Source: Anaerohalosphaeraceae bacterium
Lineage (GTDB): Bacteria > Planctomycetota > Phycisphaerae > Sedimentisphaerales > Anaerohalosphaeraceae
NCBI GenBank assembly: GCA_050309685.1
Contig: JBNRMP010000015.1
Span: 1-15,232, forward strand
Length of the DNA stretch: 15,232 nucleotides
Direction of reading: 5' to 3'
A program made the position numbers and the translations under genes. Below, piece after piece: positions 12,602 to 15,232 of the stretch (the stretch's first letter is position 1; the number at the start of each line of letters is the position of its first letter). The notes beneath the pieces are model-generated. The model was not told the DNA's origin. It saw only the letters and a list, made by a program, of their open reading frames with translations, and made no database searches.

Positions 12602-13825
12602 ATGGGCTTTGATCCGTTAAAAGAAAAGGGCATCCCCCTGGAAAATCAGTTTCGAAACTGGAGCGAGCTGGACATCCGGCCGTACAACAAAAAGGATGTC
12701 CACCCGTACACCCGTACCCGCATCATCCTGATGAACGGCATCGAGGTCGAGGGGGCGCTGTTCAAGCACCAGTTTGCCCGGCACTCGGACAATATGGAGC
12801 TCAAGCAGGAGTTGGCCGCCACTCGCCGGATTGAGCAGCAGCAGCAGAAAATGATCAACTGGTTCTCGCCGGGCGATGAATCGCCGCTGGAGACGACAAT
12901 CGGCTACGAACAGGTGGCGGTGGACCTGACGGCCTGGCTGGCGCGGACCGAACCCGACCCGCTGGTCAAGGATGCGCTGGATTTCGCCCTGATCGAGGAT
13001 TTCGACCACCTGTACCGGTATGCGAATCTGCTGGAGATGACCGAGGGTAAGCAGGCCCAGTCCATCACTCGCGACCTGACGGAGATCATGCCGGGGCGAC
13101 CGACCGAACGGGAGCATCGCCACCCGTTCGATTCGCCGATCGGGCATGTCAGCCTGCCCGTCGCCGACATCCTGACGCTCATGCATATCCAGACAATCGT
13201 CTCCGCCGAGCAGCAGACGATGAATTACTACATGAACGTGGGCAATCAGTTGGGCACGATGGCAGGGCGGGGGCTCTACCAGGAGATCGCAATGATCGAG
13301 GAACAGCACGTTACCCACTACGAGTCGCTGATGGACCCGAACGCGACCTGGTTTGAGCGGTGTCTGCTGCATGAGTACAACGAGTGCTACATGTATTATT
13401 CCTGCATGCAGTCGGAGGAGGACCCCCGGATCAAACGGTTCTGGCAGGAATGCCTCGACCAGGAGATCACCCATCTGCACATGGCGGCGGCCAATCTCAA
13501 GCGGTACGAGGACAAGGACCCGCGGCAGTTCCTGCCGGAGGAGTTTCCGACGCTGACGGTCTTCCAGTCCAACAAGAACTACATCCGCGATGTGCTGGCG
13601 ACGCAGATCGATCTGACCAAGGCCGACCTGGAATACAAGCCGGTGGACGATCTGCCGCGCGATCACCGGTACTTCAAATTCCAGCGAATCGTCAACGAGG
13701 GCGGCGTGCCCAGTCACCAGGTGATCGAACAGAATATCCGGAAGGCCGGTCGGGACTATCGTCTTGAGACGCAGGGAGAGCACCCGGTTGAGCGTTACCG
13801 CAGCCGCAAGACCGTCGAAGTGTAA
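12602..13825 (+). CDS. Ferritin-like diiron-carboxylate superfamily protein, a putative oxygenase, oxidase or hydroxylase of unknown specificity.
   Basis: 407 aa. AAGGAG lies 6 nt upstream of the ATG. The C-terminal half carries two canonical E...ExxH sets: SAEQQTMNYYM...IEEQHVTHYESL and LHEYNECYMYY...DQEITHLHMAA. The N-terminal half carries a degenerate set: GYEQVAVD...IEDFDHLYRY. The antisense 467-aa frame is low complexity. Confidence 0.8.
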   Translation: MGFDPLKEKGIPLENQFRNWSELDIRPYNKKDVHPYTRTRIILMNGIEVEGALFKHQFARHSDNMELKQELAATRRIEQQQQKMINWFSPGDESPLETTIGYEQVAVDLTAWLARTEPDPLVKDALDFALIEDFDHLYRYANLLEMTEGKQAQSITRDLTEIMPGRPTEREHRHPFDSPIGHVSLPVADILTLMHIQTIVSAEQQTMNYYMNVGNQLGTMAGRGLYQEIAMIEEQHVTHYESLMDPNATWFERCLLHEYNECYMYYSCMQSEEDPRIKRFWQECLDQEITHLHMAAANLKRYEDKDPRQFLPEEFPTLTVFQSNKNYIRDVLATQIDLTKADLEYKPVDDLPRDHRYFKFQRIVNEGGVPSHQVIEQNIRKAGRDYRLETQGEHPVERYRSRKTVEV

Positions 13826-13851
13826 CCGATCGGCTGACAGCAAAGGGCGGC

Positions 13852-14163
13852 ATGCAACTATCCGTGCCGGCAAATTATGGGCTCGCCCGACTGCGGCTGC
13901 CGGCAAAGCCGGCCCGGATGCAGGGGATGATGGCCCCGATGAAGGAGCGGCCGATCCGGATCGACGCGGCGAAGATCCCGGCGGATTTTTTGGAGCGGAT
14001 CGAACGCGCCGGCTGCACACAGCGCGATTGCGCCGACTGCGGAATCTGCGGTCAGGTCGCCGGGGAGGCAGTAACGATTGACAAGGCGTTTCGCGATCAC
14101 GTGCCGGCGGGATATGGTGAAGCGGAAGAATCCATTTTGACGGGACGGCTCTGGGATGTTTAA
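13852..14163 (+). CDS. Small protein of up to 103 aa with a compact Cys knuckle (Cx4CxxCGxCG). It may bind metal (Zn or Fe).
   Basis: It contains the motif GCTQRDCADCGICGQ. Its stop codon TAA (14161-14163) overlaps the ATG (14156-14158) of the downstream methyltransferase (ATGTTTAAG), which indicates translational coupling. The start codon is uncertain. Alternative in-frame ATGs occur about 66-84 nt downstream of 13852. Confidence 0.55.
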   Translation: MQLSVPANYGLARLRLPAKPARMQGMMAPMKERPIRIDAAKIPADFLERIERAGCTQRDCADCGICGQVAGEAVTIDKAFRDHVPAGYGEAEESILTGRLWDV

Positions 14164-14884
14164 GTCACGCGCTACGGAAACGGAATGGCTGGACCGGCCC
14201 GACGGAGATGAGGACCTGGTTCGCCGCAGCCACTCCCTCATGCGGACGGTAAACCGCTGCTTCGGAGGGACGCGCCGGGTCCGCTGTTTTCTCCGCCGGC
14301 AGATTTCCCGCGGACGGCCCCATGAGGAGATTCGTCTGCTGGACATCGGCTCGGGAAGCTGCGATATCCCGATTGCCCTGGCGCTGTGGGCCCGGCGGGA
14401 GGAACTGGCCCTGCGGATAACCTGTGTGGAGCGAGACGCGAGGACGCTGGACGCAGGCCGGGCGGCGGTGGAAAAGACCGGGTGTCCCTCGATCCGGCTT
14501 GTCCATGGAGACATCTTCGTCTGGCAGCCGGAGGAGACGTTCGATGTTGCCGTCGGTTCGATGTTCTTCCATCACCTGACCGATCGGCAGATCGTGCGGC
14601 TGATCCGACGTCTGCGGTCCTTTGTCCGCCGGGGGGTGTTCATCAACGACCTGTGCCGGACCCCGATCACCTACGCGGGCGGGGTCCTGCTAACGGCGGC
14701 GGCTGACCGGGAGGTCCGCCGGGATGCGCTGCTGTCCATCCGCAAGGGATTCCTCCGGGAGGAACTGGTAACGCTGCTGAGCCGGATCGAGAACGCCTCG
14801 GTAAGCGTGGAGAATCACCATTTCGGGCGGATCACCGCCTGGGTCGAATTTCTGGCGGGAGGCATTGATGCGAACGAAAAGTAA
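14156..14884 (+). CDS. Class I SAM-dependent methyltransferase.
   Basis: 242 aa. Motif I is LLDIGSGSCDIPIALA. An acidic residue after beta-2 is present (ITCVERD). Motif II is VHGDIF...FDVAV. Motif III is GVFIND. The N-terminal ...EWLDRPDGDEDLVRRSHSLMRTVNRCFGG segment is typical of Rossmann-fold methyltransferases. Confidence 0.85.
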   Translation: MFKSRATETEWLDRPDGDEDLVRRSHSLMRTVNRCFGGTRRVRCFLRRQISRGRPHEEIRLLDIGSGSCDIPIALALWARREELALRITCVERDARTLDAGRAAVEKTGCPSIRLVHGDIFVWQPEETFDVAVGSMFFHHLTDRQIVRLIRRLRSFVRRGVFINDLCRTPITYAGGVLLTAAADREVRRDALLSIRKGFLREELVTLLSRIENASVSVENHHFGRITAWVEFLAGGIDANEK

Positions 14885-14885
14885 A

Positions 14886-15130
14886 AATCAAAGATAAAAT
14901 AGCAAAATTGAGGACGGCTTCGCCGGGCTGATTTAGTTGGGATACATGCCATTTAACCCGGTCCGGGATAAGAGAAAAGTCAAAAGGTAGAGGTAAAAGG
15001 GCAAAATTGAGGACGGCTTCGCCGGGCTGATTTTGTTGTGATACATGCCATTTGGCCCTGTCGGGGACAAAAAAAGCAAAAATTAAAGGTAAAAGGGCGA
15101 AATTGGGCTGAAAATGCGGTTTTCTGAGGT
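14886..15130. repeat. Tandem intergenic repeat with a unit of about 97-99 bp and 2.3 copies. The third copy is degenerate and lacks 14 nt.
   Basis: Unit 1 begins at 14902 and unit 2 at 15001. The core GCAAAATTGAGGACGGCTTCGCCGGGCTGATTT.GTTG.GATACATGCCATTT..CCC.GTC.GGGA is about 92% identical over roughly 70 nt. Each copy is preceded by GGTAAAAGG. Unit 3 begins at 15097 (GCGAAATTG-GGCTG...). Confidence 0.75.
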
Positions 15131-15150
15131 TTTTATCCGTAAAAATACCT

Positions 15151-15232
15151 ACCTGAAACGACCAAAAACGACCAAAAACGACACGAAAAAGACGCGAAAC
15201 GACATGGTTTCGACACGAAATGACAAGGGGTA
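15151..15232. repeat. Helically phased short direct repeats (CGAC plus an A-tract, period about 10-11 bp, 6 copies) together with a 6-bp inverted repeat. The array is cut by the window edge.
   Basis: CGAC occurs at 15159, 15169, 15179, about 15190, 15200 and 15211, separated by A-rich runs (CGACCAAAAA twice, CGACACGAAAAAG, ACGCGAAA, CGACATGG). The inverted repeat is CGAAAC-gacatg-GTTTCG (15195-15212). A single DnaA-box-like sequence, TTATCCGTA, lies at about 15133-15141. Confidence 0.6.

Noticed and set aside
12617-14020. A 467-aa minus-strand ORF, together with the 13858..14514 minus-strand ORF, opposite the diiron, Cys-knuckle and methyltransferase genes.
   Set aside because: The translations are rich in Pro, Arg, Ser and Gly and have no motifs. 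The plus-strand genes have RBSs, conserved catalytic motifs and stop-start coupling.
14886-15130. Possible CRISPR array.
   Set aside because: There are only 2.3 copies. The conserved portion (~70 nt) is much longer than the variable portion (~28 nt), the opposite of the CRISPR repeat-spacer pattern. There are no cas genes in the window, and the copies show point divergence typical of tandem duplication.
1-15232. Mobile element or genomic island, and tRNA or other structured RNA genes.
   Set aside because: There are no transposase, integrase or recombinase ORFs and no terminal inverted repeats or target-site duplications. No tRNA-like T-loop or anticodon arm architecture was found by eye. The lower-GC stretches lie inside a coding region or in the 3' intergenic repeats.

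Overview
This is a 15.2-kb window of GC-rich (~60-68%) bacterial chromosome. It has GGAGG-type ribosome-binding sites and contains no tRNA or rRNA genes, no CRISPR array, and no transposase or integrase. Eight genes are supported. On the minus strand, a long frame without a stop codon runs off the left edge of the window (1..3416). It encodes an ECF sigma-70 factor fused in one polypeptide to a transmembrane segment and at least eight CarboxypepD_reg-like beta-sandwich repeats. A sharp drop in GC content and codon usage inside this gene marks the boundary. Further along the minus strand sits a tightly packed three-gene cassette: an NfeD-like (YqiJ-like) membrane protein (10989..11669), a flotillin/SPFH protein of the YqiK/FloT type (8961..10985), and a 1767-aa protein (3594..8897). 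The 1767-aa protein carries about 450 aa of N-terminal beta-rich sequence, about 500 aa of coiled coil, and a single AAA+ ATPase module of the MoxR/AAA_5 type with recognisable Walker A and Walker B motifs. I consider this cassette the most interesting candidate system. SPFH proteins are known partners and cages of AAA+ machines such as HflK/C with FtsH, but I do not know of a characterised NfeD-flotillin-giant-ATPase trio. A hairpin plus U-tract resembling an intrinsic terminator lies between the flotillin and the giant gene and suggests regulated read-through. A yjbQ-family gene (11973..12389, minus strand) sits upstream of the cassette. Diverging from it on the plus strand is a translationally coupled trio: a 407-aa ferritin-like diiron-carboxylate protein, a 103-aa Cys-knuckle protein, and a class I SAM-dependent methyltransferase (12602..14884). 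A small AT-rich open reading frame lies upstream of the trio. The 3' end of the window is an AT-rich non-coding stretch containing 2.3 tandem copies of a ~98-bp repeat and a helically phased array of CGAC + A-tract 10-mers. All long antisense ORFs in the track are judged to be shadow frames of the GC-rich genes.
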